64,000 nucleotides of DNA from Chlorokybus atmophyticus (lineage: Eukaryota; Plantae; Mesostigma and Chlorokybus algae), in assembly GCA_009103225.1 (NCBI GenBank), contig RHPI01000575.1:91317-155316 (forward strand). Direction: 5' to 3'. Below are positions 49,753-62,989 of this stretch, one piece after another. How positions within the stretch are numbered: position 1 is the first letter of the stretch; each line of letters starts with the position of its first letter. Made by a program: the position numbers and the translations under genes. The notes beneath the pieces are model-generated. The model made no database searches, was not told the DNA's origin, and was given only the letters and a program-made list of their open reading frames with translations.

Positions 49753-51378
49753 ATGCTTCGTGCTGCTCGTCCTCATCCCCTCTTGCTCCGCCTCCTCCTT
49801 GTTCTGGTCGTTGTCCACCTCGCCGGTGCCTCTACTGCAAGCGGGGAGCGCGCACCGAGGAGGGCGCTGCTGCTGGCTGGAGGGAGTGGCGGTCATAATG
49901 ATGAGGTGTTGAGCAGGACCGCGGGTGGCGTGCCGTGCTACGAAGGCCGCCCGCTGCCCAACCTCTTCCTCATTGGTGGGCAGAAGTGTGGCTCCACCAC
50001 TCTCTGGGGCTATTTTGTCAGATGTGTGCTTGAAACGCGCAACGCTGACAGCGCGGCCTGACATTGACACACTTCATGTGCTTCTGCAGTGAAGCCTTTG
50101 GCAAGGGAGCGGTAAGCCCTTTGGCGTGTTTGAGATGCTTCAAGATGTGTACTAACTGAGGCCACGCACAACACACGCACGCACAGCATTGGTGTGTGTG
50201 TGTGTGTGTGTGTGTGTGCTTCAAATCAATCAAGCAGGTTTTCAAGTACGAAAAAGAGCTTCGCTTTTTACAACAACGGCTGTTGCCGCAAAGAACACCG
50301 GATTTTTTGGCAGAGTACTCAAAGATCTACCCCCGGTGCTCTGACAGCCGCCTCGCAGATGGGGTAAGAGCTGATATTGTCAACAAGGATGCTCTAATGC
50401 ACTTGTCGTTTCAACATCAGCATGCAAAAGCCCAACCGTGACGTGCACACCCTTGTGTATGCACTCGCTTGTGGCCCGTGCATGCCGCACTACATATACA
50501 TACATATAGACCGCGCACGCAAGCAACTACATAGATTAGCACAGGCATATGCCCGTGCTCACATGCACACACACATGCACTAACATACACGCATATGCAG
50601 AGGGTGCGTTACGTGACGGACAGCACACCGATTTATCTGCTCTTGCTAAACACACCGATGCACATTGGCCAGCACTACTCCCGTTACGGGCTCGACGCAG
50701 AACTCAAGTTTATGGTCAGTCCTGACCTGTGTGACTTGTGTGACCTGTTTATATTTACGGTTTATGGTTTAGGTCTCCCTGCGCGACCCCGTCGAACGCA
50801 CCCTCTCATGGTTTGGGCACACTGGCCGAATTACATATCACATCCCGTGCCACGTTGAATTTGATCCATGGGCCCAACAGGCCCTGGCCGAGGCCCGCAC
50901 CTGCATGGCCGCACGCCAACATCTGCCCAAGCCACGGGTGCTTCAGCTCGTGCATCGATTTGTACGACATGCACTGCCTGCATTGAAAGAGATTTTGATC
51001 AGCGGTTGTGTGCAGGTTTATGAGGAGTGTCGGCCTTCTATTCTGTTGGACTCATGGTATGCCGTTCAGTTGAACTTGTGGTGGAGGCTCTTCCCACCTC
51101 AGAGGCAATTTCTCATCGTGGACTTCCACAAGTTAGTGTACCAGCGCGAGGCCACTATCGTGCGCATGCTCGACTTCCTCGGGATCGAGTACGAGCTCCC
51201 GCTCCCGGACCTAGAAGTGCACAACAACCCCATGTCCAGTCACGATGTCTGCGCCATGCCAACCATGTCGAACGAGACGCGTGCAATGTTGGTGGAGTTC
51301 TTTCAACCGCTCAATGAGCAGTTGAAGTCGTTGTTCGAGCGGTATGGTGTATCTAAATGGTTGCCAGAGTTTGTGTAA
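49753..51378 (+). CDS. Second, apparently identical copy of the sulfotransferase gene
   Basis: ORF translations identical to 43747-45372; may be an assembly duplicate rather than a real locus. Confidence 0.65.
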
Positions 51379-54199
51379 CCGAGAGTATGTGGGTGAGGCG
51401 GGACGGCAAGATGAGCAACTCAAACGGGAGAGGATGCGGGAAGACGGTAAACACTTGGACAGCAATGAGGAGGATTTGGAGCTTGTGGAGCAGGGTTTAA
51501 AGCTTGAGGAGGATGCTAATGATACCGATATGTATGAGTATGACGACGCCCCATAGATAGCAAGGATTTGTGAAACTTGACCGGTTGTGTAGTATTGTTG
51601 TTTGCATAAGCACTGAAGTAGCATCTAAAATATGTGCATATGTGTTTTGTAAGTTTTTTATGTCTCTGTGCGCACAATCAAGTATAGGTCTACGCGGTGT
51701 AAGAACCAATGAGTGTAGAGACAGCAGCAGCGTTGGTTATAATGTCCAATATTGTGTCATAATAATGTTGTTGCTAAAATTGCGTACAGTAATCATGATG
51801 TACCAAGTCACTATGCGGTTCAATTTATTAGCTAACCTGGGCCCGGAACGAGGACGCCAAAGGGAGGTTAACTTTTGCAGTTGGAGAGCTGGCGTGCTAA
51901 TGAGGCGTGCTACGCAGTGTCTGCCGCAGGAGGGGCAAATGCAAGAGCAAGGGCGAAGGCCGTGACAGCGTCATTGCATCGCCATAGTCCTTCGAGGACT
52001 CCTTGTCTCTTAGCACCGAGGCCACGAAGGGGGTGGTGGTGATTATGGTGCCAGCAGTGCTGCTACCAGTGTCAGTCTTTCAAGCAGCGGTGGTTGTGCG
52101 TGTACGCAAGACCACTCCTGGAGCAAGAGGCAGCGCAGATGGTGCTCCCAACCCTTCGGCAGCGAACCTGACATGACTCTGGCAGAGCCGAAATGGACGC
52201 AGTCGCTTGTCTTCAAGAAGATTGTGGGCAATGGCGACCTCGTGCCACACAGCTGCGGTGACGTCATCTAGGTAGTCCGCGGCAAGGACAAACTTTTGGT
52301 GTCATTCCATTGGTTTTTGGCTCGATGCTTCACGGTCAAGATGATGGAGTTAAAGCAGTGTATCAAGTTCCGCAAAGAGATAGCTCCTGCAGCGCCGATG
52401 AAGACCAACCTTCTGTTGCTGTTGCGATTGCCAATCGCAACTGCCCCTTCAGACGGCCTAAAGGGCAGCCGTATCTTCTTCGCTATTGGAGCTGACAACG
52501 CGGTTGAAAGGAAGCCAATAACTTACAGCAGTGGGTGCGTCACCAATTTGAGTGTACATGAAGTTAGTGCAGAGGTTGTTTTGATTAATGCAGTATTCAT
52601 GTTAAATCAATCGTGATTAAACTTCATACGCATTTTATATGAAGGTCACAATAGCACATAATAGTTTTTATTGATGCAGTATCAAATCCATACACTTCAC
52701 ATGGATTCAACGTAATATCACTTCATGTTGATTCATGTGGAAACGATAGCAATGTGCGCTCATGTCCGTGGCATGCATATAACATATAACCGTTATATAA
52801 CTTGAAGTCTTTTCATGCAATGCACACATAGTAAATACTTGATATAGGCAGCATGATCAGCAACAAGTAGCAATGCAAGGTGCATGCATGTTACCATCAC
52901 GTACACCTTGCTGCTATCACATACAACATATCGCTACTCGCTGAACTGTACAACCTCTAGGGACATAAGCTAACTAAATATCAGCCATATTATCACACAT
53001 GCCGCCAACGCCTTCATTAGCGCCCTCGTGCGCCACCGCCCGCCATTAANACGTTCGTCGCGGTGGATGTACCCTATCACGCGTCATAAATCGTGGAACG
53101 CTTGTAAACCCAAGTAGCATACCAATGAGCACTATATGTTGTTTGAAGATGGAGAATGTTGTTGGTGAATTTAATGCCTATATATTGTCTTACGCTTGTG
53201 CAATTGATCAAAGTGGGTCAATATGCCTTTTGTTTTGCTGTTATACAAATCTTGCCATCAGCAAACATAGTAGAAGTTACTTGTTTATGGTCAACCATAA
53301 CTTGTGGTTGGTTTTGATAGGAGGGAGAAATGGTAATATTTATTTGATATCAATTGTCGTCGAATATCCCCCNNNNNNNNNNNNNNNNNNNNNNNNNNNN
53401 NNNNNNNNNNNNNNNNNNNNNNNNNNNNNNNNNNNNNNNNNNNNNNNNNNNNNNNNNNNNNNNNNNNNNNNNNNNNNNNNNNNNNNNNNNNNNNNNNNNN
53501 NNNNNNNNNNNNNNNNNNNNNNNNNNNNNNNNNNNNNNNNNNNNNNNNNNCCCCCCTTAGGACTAACACCCTCCATTAAGTTTGGTGGTGGTGGTTGGTG
53601 GACACCTCCCTTGTACACTCATTTCGTCTTTTTTTACAACACCCCCCATGATTTAGCGGTGTCATGCCATGAGCACTCGTTGCCACGAGCACTTGACACA
53701 ATTAGCGTTGTACTGAGCACATCATTGAGAGATACAAGCATTCATGCGCACACGCACCAGTGGGGGCTATTTTCAACAAGTAGAGGATGCTCTGTGCATA
53801 CATATACACTCAACCGTATGTACACCTATGCAAGATGAGGGAAACTATGCCATAGCCCGTCCGTGGCGCTCTTGTGACTGAAGAGCGGACCATTTTGCCA
53901 ACACGCAGGGTAGCAACCTCGCAGACATTTTCTCTGACCACACCACGGGTCGAGCTTTCATGCGACACCGATAGAAATGGTTCCCCAACAGTCTAACTTT
54001 GACCACAACCTGATTGAAAAACTACCTCTAAATCAATTGGAAATTTGGTGGCAACCGAGGTATTGATTTCTCTCTTTTTCTGTTTTAGTCACAACTCAGT
54101 TTGGTATCTAGCGGCCATCAAGGTAAAGTAGACGGCGTGCATTCAGTTTAGTATCCGTCTTATCTTCAACTTAATAATGGTTACATCCTTCATAATTGT

Positions 54200-55083
54200 G
54201 GTCACTTCAAGCGCCAATCTCAAATATCAGACGGCGTTTTCGCGAGCTGCGCGGCCCGCATTGCGATGTAATGCCCGCAGATCGGACGCTTCTCATGAAT
54301 CCGCAAGTTGTGATGAGCATTGTAATCACGCTTAATGCGCGTGACTTTTGATTTTCGATTGCCCTTTTGGCGGCCATATTAACACGCTTAACCGGAAAGT
54401 TAAGACGCTGTAATATCGGCGCCTTAACCATCAAGTCTAATAATGTCGTAGCCTAGTGGTTAAGGCGCCAATGTTACATTGCTCCGATACCACTGTAACA
54501 TCGGCGCCTTAACCACTAGACTACCGCAGCAAAAGTCGCTGCCATAGGGGGAGCCACATGCCCCATATATGTCCCATAACCATATATGTTACAGACGCGC
54601 TTAACCCGGACGTCGCCCAGTAATCGATGCCACGATTGGCCACGTTGCCCGTTGCAAATGCATATAGGTCATCGGATACATCAGGCACATAAATTGAGTT
54701 CATATGACGCGTGACGCGTCACTAAATAGGCGTGACTTTTGATTTTTGGCGGCCCCTTTAGCCCAAAGGCTTTGGGCCATTTCTATAATGCATTTCATAC
54801 ACATGTGTATGCACATATATACATATACTTACATAATTTATAAAAAGACATATAGATACCATAGGTACATTGATATTAAAAATGCATGCATTGAAGAATG
54901 TCAAACGCCGGGGATGCGGTTTGGATAGCTCAGATATGTACTTCCCGTAGATACAACAATCTATGATTGTATGGTCACCGCTCAGCCAATTAGAAGCTGG
55001 CACACCAGTCATTGCTCGATGTCCGGTCCATTAACTGCCGACCGTGCAAAAGCACACGCGCTTGCAGTGACCATCACTTGTGG
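54200..55083. repeat. Dispersed non-coding repeat, copy B (homologous to 21680-22624)
   Basis: Same collinear blocks as copy A. Confidence 0.75.
54409..54524. other. Three copies of a ~26-bp motif (direct, inverted, direct) forming a long hairpin
   Basis: tgtaatatcggcgccttaacca (54409); ctagtggttaaggcgccaatgttaca (54453-54478); tgtaacatcggcgccttaaccactag (54494-54519). Confidence 0.85.
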
Positions 55084-55699
55084 TTGGTGGATAGATCATG
55101 CATTAAGGAGATCTTAATGCATGATCGGTGTGATGGCAGCAATCCGCGGTAAAAACCAAAAGAGTTGCTATACCGCTGATTTGAAAAACCTCGCGGGTAA
55201 AACGGCCGGGCTAGCAAATAACGATATACGATCAAAGTACACTCGACGACACGAGACGCACGCTCACCTGTTTACAGATGATATGTAGCATTACAAAAGC
55301 TGCCTCAATGGTCTCATGTGCCGCCATGTATGCATACCAGATGTACCGGCATTCATGTAATACGCAATGCACCAACAGCTGCATACAACGGCATCATATC
55401 TATCTATACCTATATCTATATCTAAATCCATATAATAATATATCAATACATATATGTATATACATCTACATATTTGTGTATGTATGTATATATATCACAA
55501 TTACATTACAGTGATACATAGTGACCCATTCACGGCGGAAAGCCGTTCTGCACTAGGGTTCCACGAAACCGAACCAGGCGTGGTACGACCGGCCGCGCCA
55601 GGGAGGCCGCGCCAAAATCCTCGTGCGATGGAATCCGCGCCAAGTATGGAGCGGATCGACCCTGGTTCGTTCGCCGCAGACGTTCGCACCAGGGTTTAT

Positions 55700-55975
55700 T
55701 CCTGGTGCGGCCGGTCATTTGCGACACGCCTACACAGGGTGTGTCGTCTTCCGCACAAAGTTGGCGAAGAGTGTCCGCCACCGGCAGTCATGAGCCGCGG
55801 ACGTCTGCACCATGCAAGGTTTGGGGTTTCTTCCGCACCAAGCATGGTGCGGGGTGGTCGCCACCGGCAGTCTTAAGTTGCGGACATCTGCACCATGCAA
55901 GGTGGGGTTCCTTCCGCGCCAAGCATGGCCCGGTGTGTACGCCACCGGCAGTTTTAAGCCGCGGACTTCCGCGCC
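55700..55975. repeat. Tandem repeat, 81-83 bp unit, ~3 diverged copies
   Basis: cgccaccggcagt recurs at 55776, 55859 and 55940, with shared ctgcaccatgcaaggt...ttccgc(a/g)ccaagcatgg. Confidence 0.85.
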
Positions 55976-56767
55976 ATCTGGTTGCGGCGTACGTTATTGA
56001 TTGCTCACAAATGCGCTTGCACCTAGCTATAAGAATGCAATTAATGTGGGTGATGGCTTGTTGAAAAGCCCTTGCAATCTATTATGTGACACATGTCACA
56101 GCATACTTTTAGGGTTAGCACTGCTCTCACAGCAGTCTCACAAGTAGGGATCTGTCGCTTCATAGGCTTAAAGCCTGTCAAGCCAATTTTGGACGCTTGA
56201 AAATGGAACGTCATTTCAGGCTGTTGTCAGGCAATGTGCTTTTTAACGTTCATCGTTGCGGTGTGCTGGCATCTGACAGGCCTGTGCTGACATATCGTTC
56301 TCACGCAAATGCAGTGTGTACGACACTACTCCGTTATGCAGAATGAGTGTGTGCGGCGTTGCGCTGAAGTTCTTGAAAGCTACGTCGTGAGATGGCTGTC
56401 ATTTGAATGGCATCGATTTGGTCCGGACCAACCTCAAGGCGGGACGCGTCAGCAGTCAGCGGTTTACTGGGATCTTCATGCCGAGAGCGATGCACTGTTG
56501 TGGCGTGGGTCACGGTATGCAGACCTGCTTCTTAAGCTTGCGTTTGCAGAGCTTGTAGAGCTTGCGGAGCATGAGCTTGCGGAGCTTGTGTTTGCTTGTG
56601 GCTTTGCGTGTAGCTTGCGGACTGCTTTAGCTTCAGCTTGCTGTTTTTGCGCTTGAGCTTGGTTCAGCTAGAGCGTGTGCATGCAAGTGTGCTTGTGTGA
56701 GCTTGTAAGAGCTTGGTTGCATGATTTGCTTGGTCATTTGCTGGTTGGTGTAAGTTGCCAACTGACA

Positions 56768-58920
56768 ATGGCTCCCTCCGACACTGACGATTGCTTCAGA
56801 GCAAAAGGCATCAAGGTAGCCAAGAAGAAAACTGGGTCGCAGTTCTTGCGCGAACACTTTGGGCTGCTGCTTCCTGTGCACAAGAGCGACCTGAAGCTGC
56901 TGAAGCAGCGCATGCAGGAGACCTTTCCAAATGGCATGAGCGGTTTGAAGTTTAAGGACCACGACACGGAGCACAAACGGCAAACCAAGGAGATGATCCG
57001 TTCTTTGAATTGGAACTGTCCCTCAAGTGGACGGAAGGTAGATTACTGCTTGTGGCTGCTGTTCTATGTTGACAATGTGCGTGCTCTCTTTTACTTCAGT
57101 GAAACCTTTGGTGTCTGACAAGCTAGGATTGTTGCCGTCAACATGTTATTTTCAGCTGACATTTTGTTGCTACCGTTGGAAACTGAGTGACTAGTAGTAT
57201 TTTTATGTTAACCAACTTGCAAATTGGCTCTGCGGACCACATTTGGAAGTACTTCCAGGAGAAGCAGTACTCAGACGCAGGCAAAATGCGAGCTGCTGAC
57301 GGCGGTTAGTTCATAGAGGAGCGCAACCAGGAAGCCAAAAAGAAGCGCGGAAGCAGTGGTTCCTCCAGTTCTGACAGAAGAGGTGGGAGTTGGAGCGCAC
57401 ACTTCACCAGCAACAACTGCACAGCCAATGCGTATATAATGATGTTGGCGCCAATGTCCAATCAGCCTTTGACCGAAGAGGAACTTCGTGCAACCTGGCT
57501 AGGCGAAAGGTCAGTGCACCTGCAGTATTTTCATGGAGTGGAGTGTGCTTCTTATGTTACACTTGAGTTGCTTGCAGGGAATTGGACGAGTATGACAAAG
57601 AGCTGGTGTACGACATCAGCAATTGCGTGGGCAGTGGGCACTGCCATTATGGAGGCTGTTTCCCAGGCGGAGACACCATGCCGCTGCTACCGCGTCAAGG
57701 TGACAGCTTGGTTCAAGGTGGCCCCTACTGGCACAGACAAGCTGTGGCTGCCGGCCAGACGCGCGGACTTCTCCCACGGTTGGCAAACGAATGAAGTGTC
57801 GGCAAAACGCATGCTGGTAGGCACTGCTCATGCCCACCTTTTGCTGCTGTAACAACCCCACTGCTCACTTTTTGCTGCTGCGTGCATGTTGGCATCCACC
57901 TTTTGCTGCTTTGACAACCCAACTGCCCACTTTTTACTGCTGCATGCATGTTGGCATCCACCTATTGCTGCTGTGTCAACCCCACTGCCCACCTTTTGCT
58001 GCTGCGTGCATGTTGGCATCCACCCTTTGCTGTTGTGACAACCCCACTGCCCATCTTTTGCTGCTGTGTCGACGCCCCATCCACCTTTTGCTATTGCAAG
58101 ACACCCCTTGAGCACTTTTTGCTGCTGCGCGACTTAACCTATCCACCTTTTGCGCACGCGTGATTGCCATTGGCCACCTTTTGCTGTGGCGCAACTCCGA
58201 CTGAGCATCTTTTGTTACTGATGTCACCTTGTGCTTGCTATTGCTGGGTTTAACACTTGTTTGTCATGCAGGGCCGTTGCTGCGAATGGCCATTCACATT
58301 CGTGGCCACTTCTGCTCAGTGCCCTTGCATGGATTGCCAAGACGACATGCGGGTGCGGCTAGATGAATGCGTAGCCGACTTGGTGCGTCCTGTGCAGAGC
58401 CAATGTGAAGAGGTACACTGTTGGCGTGTTCAACTGATCATACAGTCTTGCACTTGAGTCATTAATGTGCGATTGCGTGTGCGAATAGGAACAGTACCCA
58501 AACAAGAGCAGCTGCCCCAATGGGCTGCGATGTGTTGCGGTACTGTGGACGTTCTTAGCAGAGTGCAATTGCAAATGATGAACGTCTACGAATACTGGCG
58601 ACGGAAATACAGCTCTCTGCTGGAGGATCTGCCCTATAAGAGCCCCAAGGGTGTAAACGTCGTCTCCGACCTACGCATCATGAATGCCCTGTACCAATCG
58701 GCTGTTGCCAAAAGGTGGCTGAGAGCAGACCCTGATGTAGCGGGCGAGTTGCGATGGGAGTCTGCACGCATGCTCCCAGGTACAGCAGACTTTGCATAGA
58801 CTTTGCGGCAGCTGCTGAAGGTGACTGACATACCCATGTAATTGACAGGCCTCCGCAATGAAGAGAAGAAGCCAAAGGAGCAGAGGTGGAGGCTAAAGCG
58901 CAGGTGGCTGAGACCCAGCT
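56768..58920 (+). pseudogene. Decayed spliced gene of unknown function, probably transposon-borne
   Basis: Protein-like exons MAPSDTDDCFRAKG...IRSLNWNCPSSGRK / IGSADHIWKYFQEKQYSDAGKMRAADGG*FIEERN / DEYDKELVYDISNC(fs)...CRCYRVKVTAWF / MMNVYEYWRRKYSSLLEDLP...ADFA*. In-frame TAGs, a frameshift and a broken acceptor. Confidence 0.45.
57834..58192. repeat. Minisatellite, ~62-bp unit made of two ~31-bp subunits
   Basis: ccaccttttgctgctgtaacaaccccactg ctcactttttgctgctgcgtgcatgttggcat; three good units followed by degenerate ones. Confidence 0.9.
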
Positions 58921-60946
58921 GAAGGTGAGAGTTACGAGATGTTATCATCATGTGTGCCCAGCATGCACACTTGTTCAAGGTGGTGACTATGCTTTAAGTG
59001 CAGGTGTGCACGTGTGCGCAACGCTGGTTGTCATTACCACCTTTCGCTGTGCAACGCGAGGAGGAGTGGTGTAGATAGTAGTCGCAGTTAATGTAGACAG
59101 CTTGTTGAACTTTTGTGCATGCCTATACTGCTCTTAGCATACATTCTTGTACCACGTCTGGCTGGACTGCATGTATGCATGCACCATGATATGGGCCACA
59201 TGTAGCACCAGCAAAGCCCACCAAGCATGCACAGGGCAATTTCCGCGCAGACCACCGTTCCATGAGGCCGGTCCAGTGCTGGCGCGCAACTGGGCCCACT
59301 ATTGGTGGTCCCGTCGACATACCGGCCCAATAGTGGCCCGCCAACCAGGGTTTACGAGTCCCGTCAACGTCGAGATCAATGATGGTGCCGGTCATCGATG
59401 GCTCTCATATTAGCGCCGACTCTGAGGCGCAATACTATGGCAGATTGTCACACTGTTGGACCATCACCGGACCTCCATGAACATCATAACGATTCTAATC
59501 CGGTCATCGCTTGGCGCCAGTCATGGTTAGTTACTGGCGGGCAACCATGTCCGGACTAATACCGGTCTTCAAGGGATTTGACTAATGTGACCCTCGTTGT
59601 CATGTGATGTTGGTCGTAACAATAGCCGGCACCGCACCGGCGCTGGGTTGCAATTGTGACCGTGGGATCATTTATTGCCTACCAGTCAGGCATTAACGAA
59701 TGTTTGTCCGTCAATCGTCTGACAATGTCTGCCAGTACTACTACTACTACTACTACTGTACGCCTTGCAGCACTGACAGTTGCGGATGTGCTCAAAGCAA
59801 TCTATCTGTGGGGTTACGTCAGCCGGTACCTGTTACTAACTCGGTGGTGACCGGCACTTTGCTCGGCAGTAATCTCCCCACTACAGGCCGGCAGTGACGA
59901 CCCGTCTGCTGCACGGTCCGGTACCAACCGCACCGTGCAGCACGATCCGTTCTTATCTAACGATCCGTGCTGATTTCCATCATACCGTGGTCGTTAGCTT
60001 AACCGCAACAATGTATACATGCCAGTTAAATATTGCAACACAACATGATAGGTAGCTGAACTTTGCAATTGATTTGGCGCCTAAAACAACTTACCGGTAT
60101 GTTAACTGAACCATGTAGGAGTCCGCATTCGCGATGCCCATCACGGTTACTTCAACCGTGTTAGGGCTAAGTACTAGGCGTCTGCAGAGCTTGCCTTGTT
60201 GCGCACAACCACTGCACGGCTGCTGGCCAAGCTTGCACTGCTCGGTATACGGGCAGCTGAACGTGCCGGCGGCGGTATCGGCGGCGGCGGCGACCGGTGG
60301 CTACCGTTGCCGCAGCCGCTAGTGGTAAATGGCTACACCAGGTTGCCTTTAAATGCAGGCGTACTGCTCCTCGCCGCCTGCTCGTCGCCTGCTCTTCTAG
60401 CGCGCCTGCTCGCCAGCTTCTCCACCGCACCTGCTGGCCAATTCGCCTGCCCACCAGCTTTAAGCTGGCGGGCAAGTTGAGCTCGCCTGCACAGATGCTC
60501 CTCTTTCATCGCGCAACACCCGACACCAGCACTTCTCCAACAGGCCGTACTGGTTGCAGAAGCCGCAGTTGCGGAGGGGATGTAGAGTCCCCTCATCAGC
60601 TATTAACACCAGCAGATCTGCTCATGGCACAAGCATTGGCAGCTTCCGTGCCCATTGGTGCGGGCACCACCTCCAGCACTACAGCAGCCCTTAGCGGCGC
60701 CTCAGCCGGTGCTTTGGTGCCCTCTTCAGCACCCTCCGCACCAGCAGCAGGCAATGCAGCGCAGCGCGTTGCGCGATCCTTTCAGGGTCCCCTCCCCGGA
60801 CACTCCTAGAGTGCCTGGCCAACAGGTAGCCGGGTTCCGCATCACACACGCGTTCCTTCCGCACCTGACACCACTTTTGCACCACCACCCAACGTGAACG
60901 ATCGCGAGGATGTCAAAACACCGTCCTGGCCAGGGAGGGACCCGAG

Positions 60947-62870
60947 GTGGACCCACGCAAGGTTCAGTTCCACTTCGGTGCCATTGTGGTGAGCCGGTTG
61001 GCACGAAGGTTGCTCTGGTACCTATGGCAATGGTATCAAACCGCTCCGTTCCTATATCCCTACCACGCCATCACTCAGCACCCTTCTTCGCTGCCTCTAC
61101 TGTACGATTACGCCGTCGTGAGGCGCGCAGTCAACCAGCCCCTCTACAACGACACCAACCTCTTAGGGGATCCACGTCAGCGTGACTGGGTACGACGGCG
61201 ACACGCACTACAACAGGTTGGTCGATGGGTACAACAGGAGCACGCTGCTGATTAGGCACAGGCATCCCCACGGGGACTGATACTGGAGGAGGGGACCAAC
61301 GCGATTGTGGAGAACTTCTCTCCGGGACCAACCGCGGAGGGATACATCACCCTCACTGGCTACCACCATCGCCATGGCCAGGGGCTTTATGGAGAACAGG
61401 AGATTCGGGCATACCTACTGCTGCAACTCACATGGCTGGAAGGCATCCCCACCAACTTGTTGAACTTGTTGGGGTACCGCACCATGACCCGTGCCCGAAC
61501 CCGTTTGCTTCGGTGGCTGGTGACCACCCATCCCGCCATGCCGCAGACTGCTTTCAACAGCCGAGCAAGATGGCTGAGCGCGTTTTTGCGCTCACTCATG
61601 CAGGCATTCCAGGATGCAGACGGGGAACAACTTCGCACCGTCGCAGCCGCCCGAGATGCCATTGCCACCCTTCCTAGTCTGGAAACGGCACGATAGCGTG
61701 ACAGGATTGGCAACTGCTATATGCACTACAGGCATGAGCGTCCGGCCGAGACTGCGCCGTCGGTGCATGCGCATGCCATAACCAATCTCGACATGGGCAT
61801 CACCCATGGTCGTTGGGATTCTTTTATGGCAGGCATCCTGAGCGTACCCATCCTCACCAATGGCATTCACGACGAGGTAGTACGCGCCCTTTTTCTGATG
61901 CCCATGCCACGATGGGACTGGGGCAATAACGATATTTTGGGGCACCCCACAGCCTCATAGGAAACCACTCTGGTGCGCGAGGCAGCCCATGCCGTGCGCG
62001 CCGCACGAACAGAGGCAACTGCGTCTACGCCTCCCGCAGGCAGCTCTCCTCCTCTTAGTCCAAGACCGGCATCCGCCCCAAGACCAGCAGAGGGGGCAGG
62101 AGAAGGCGCACCACCGGGGGAAGGCAACGAGGCTGGGCCACCAGAGCAACGCAGCGGCATGATGGCACAACGTCTTGGCCACCCCTCGCCGAGCACATCA
62201 GCGGGCAGCGCTCCACAACGCACTACGAACCGCACCAGCGTCCAACCCAACGCCATCATGGTGGCAAACCAGGGCAAGCATGTCCTGATCAGCGGCAAGG
62301 CACCAAAACGGGTGTTACTGAACACAGGGGCTCAGCCCATCTTCATCGGCAAGTACATGGCGCGCGCGCTCAACATTACTGCTGCCGACCTGGACGCATG
62401 CCCGTACACGCTCAATCCTGTGATGGACACCGCCCAGAAGGCGCTTGGCCTGACCAAAAAGACGATCCCCATCACGTTGGTTGGTCACAACTCCACACAG
62501 GCAACCACATATGACGTCAAGAATGTCGTGTTCGACTCTCGCAACTACAATCTGATCTTGGGGCAGGAGTTTAATTATGTGATTGGGGTGGTCGTCGACA
62601 GCTGAACAAAAAGGGTTTGGTTCCACCCACAATGGCGCACTGGCCACAGCCCACGCTGTGAGTTGCCAGCAACGTTCCTGGTGGGAGGACGCCATCTCAG
62701 CAGCTCCACTACGGTGGCAGTTGCAACTACTTCGCCCACCATGCGTCGTATGCTCCCAGCAGCTGTCGCTGGATTCGAGCGCAAACCATATGACGACACG
62801 CAACAGCCCGAGGACATGGAGGTGGCACTATGGGACTCTGCACGACGACGCCAGCAGGCCACCATCGCCG
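60947..62870 (+). pseudogene. Gag-like region and retroviral-type aspartic protease
   Basis: ORFs 60947, 61307, 61721, 61973 and 62663 share one frame separated by single stops. Protease motif VLLNTGAQPIFIG (D(T/S)G with D>N) at ~62312 and YNLILGQEF. Confidence 0.75.
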
Positions 62871-62989
62871 CCAACGCTTCTACGCACCATCGGGCTCACC
62901 AAGCTACCTGCATACGAAGAACCCAAGGGTGTGCAGGAACAATGTCGCGTGGCCCCGGGCGTGGTGGAATTCCACACATTTCGCCGCAG

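Larger units (their letters stand above)
47690..53049. repeat. 5.36-kb segmental duplication, copy 2
   Basis: Offset 6006 from 41684-47043; ends exactly at a single N (53050). Confidence 0.95.

Noticed and set aside
53860-54060. Transposase remnant (IFSDHTTGRAFMRH, CACTA/Plavaka-like)
   Set aside because: Too short and stop-ridden to call.
54445-54520. tRNA gene
   Set aside because: Only an A-box-like 5' half; no anticodon arm, T-loop or B-box.
55700-58192. Regular repeats as CRISPR-like arrays
   Set aside because: Units are head-to-tail with no unique spacers, there are no cas genes, and the context is eukaryotic.
60030-60090. LTR end and tRNA primer-binding site (tggcgcc)
   Set aside because: The match to a tRNA 3' end does not extend beyond 7 nt and the second LTR is outside the window, so it cannot be supported.
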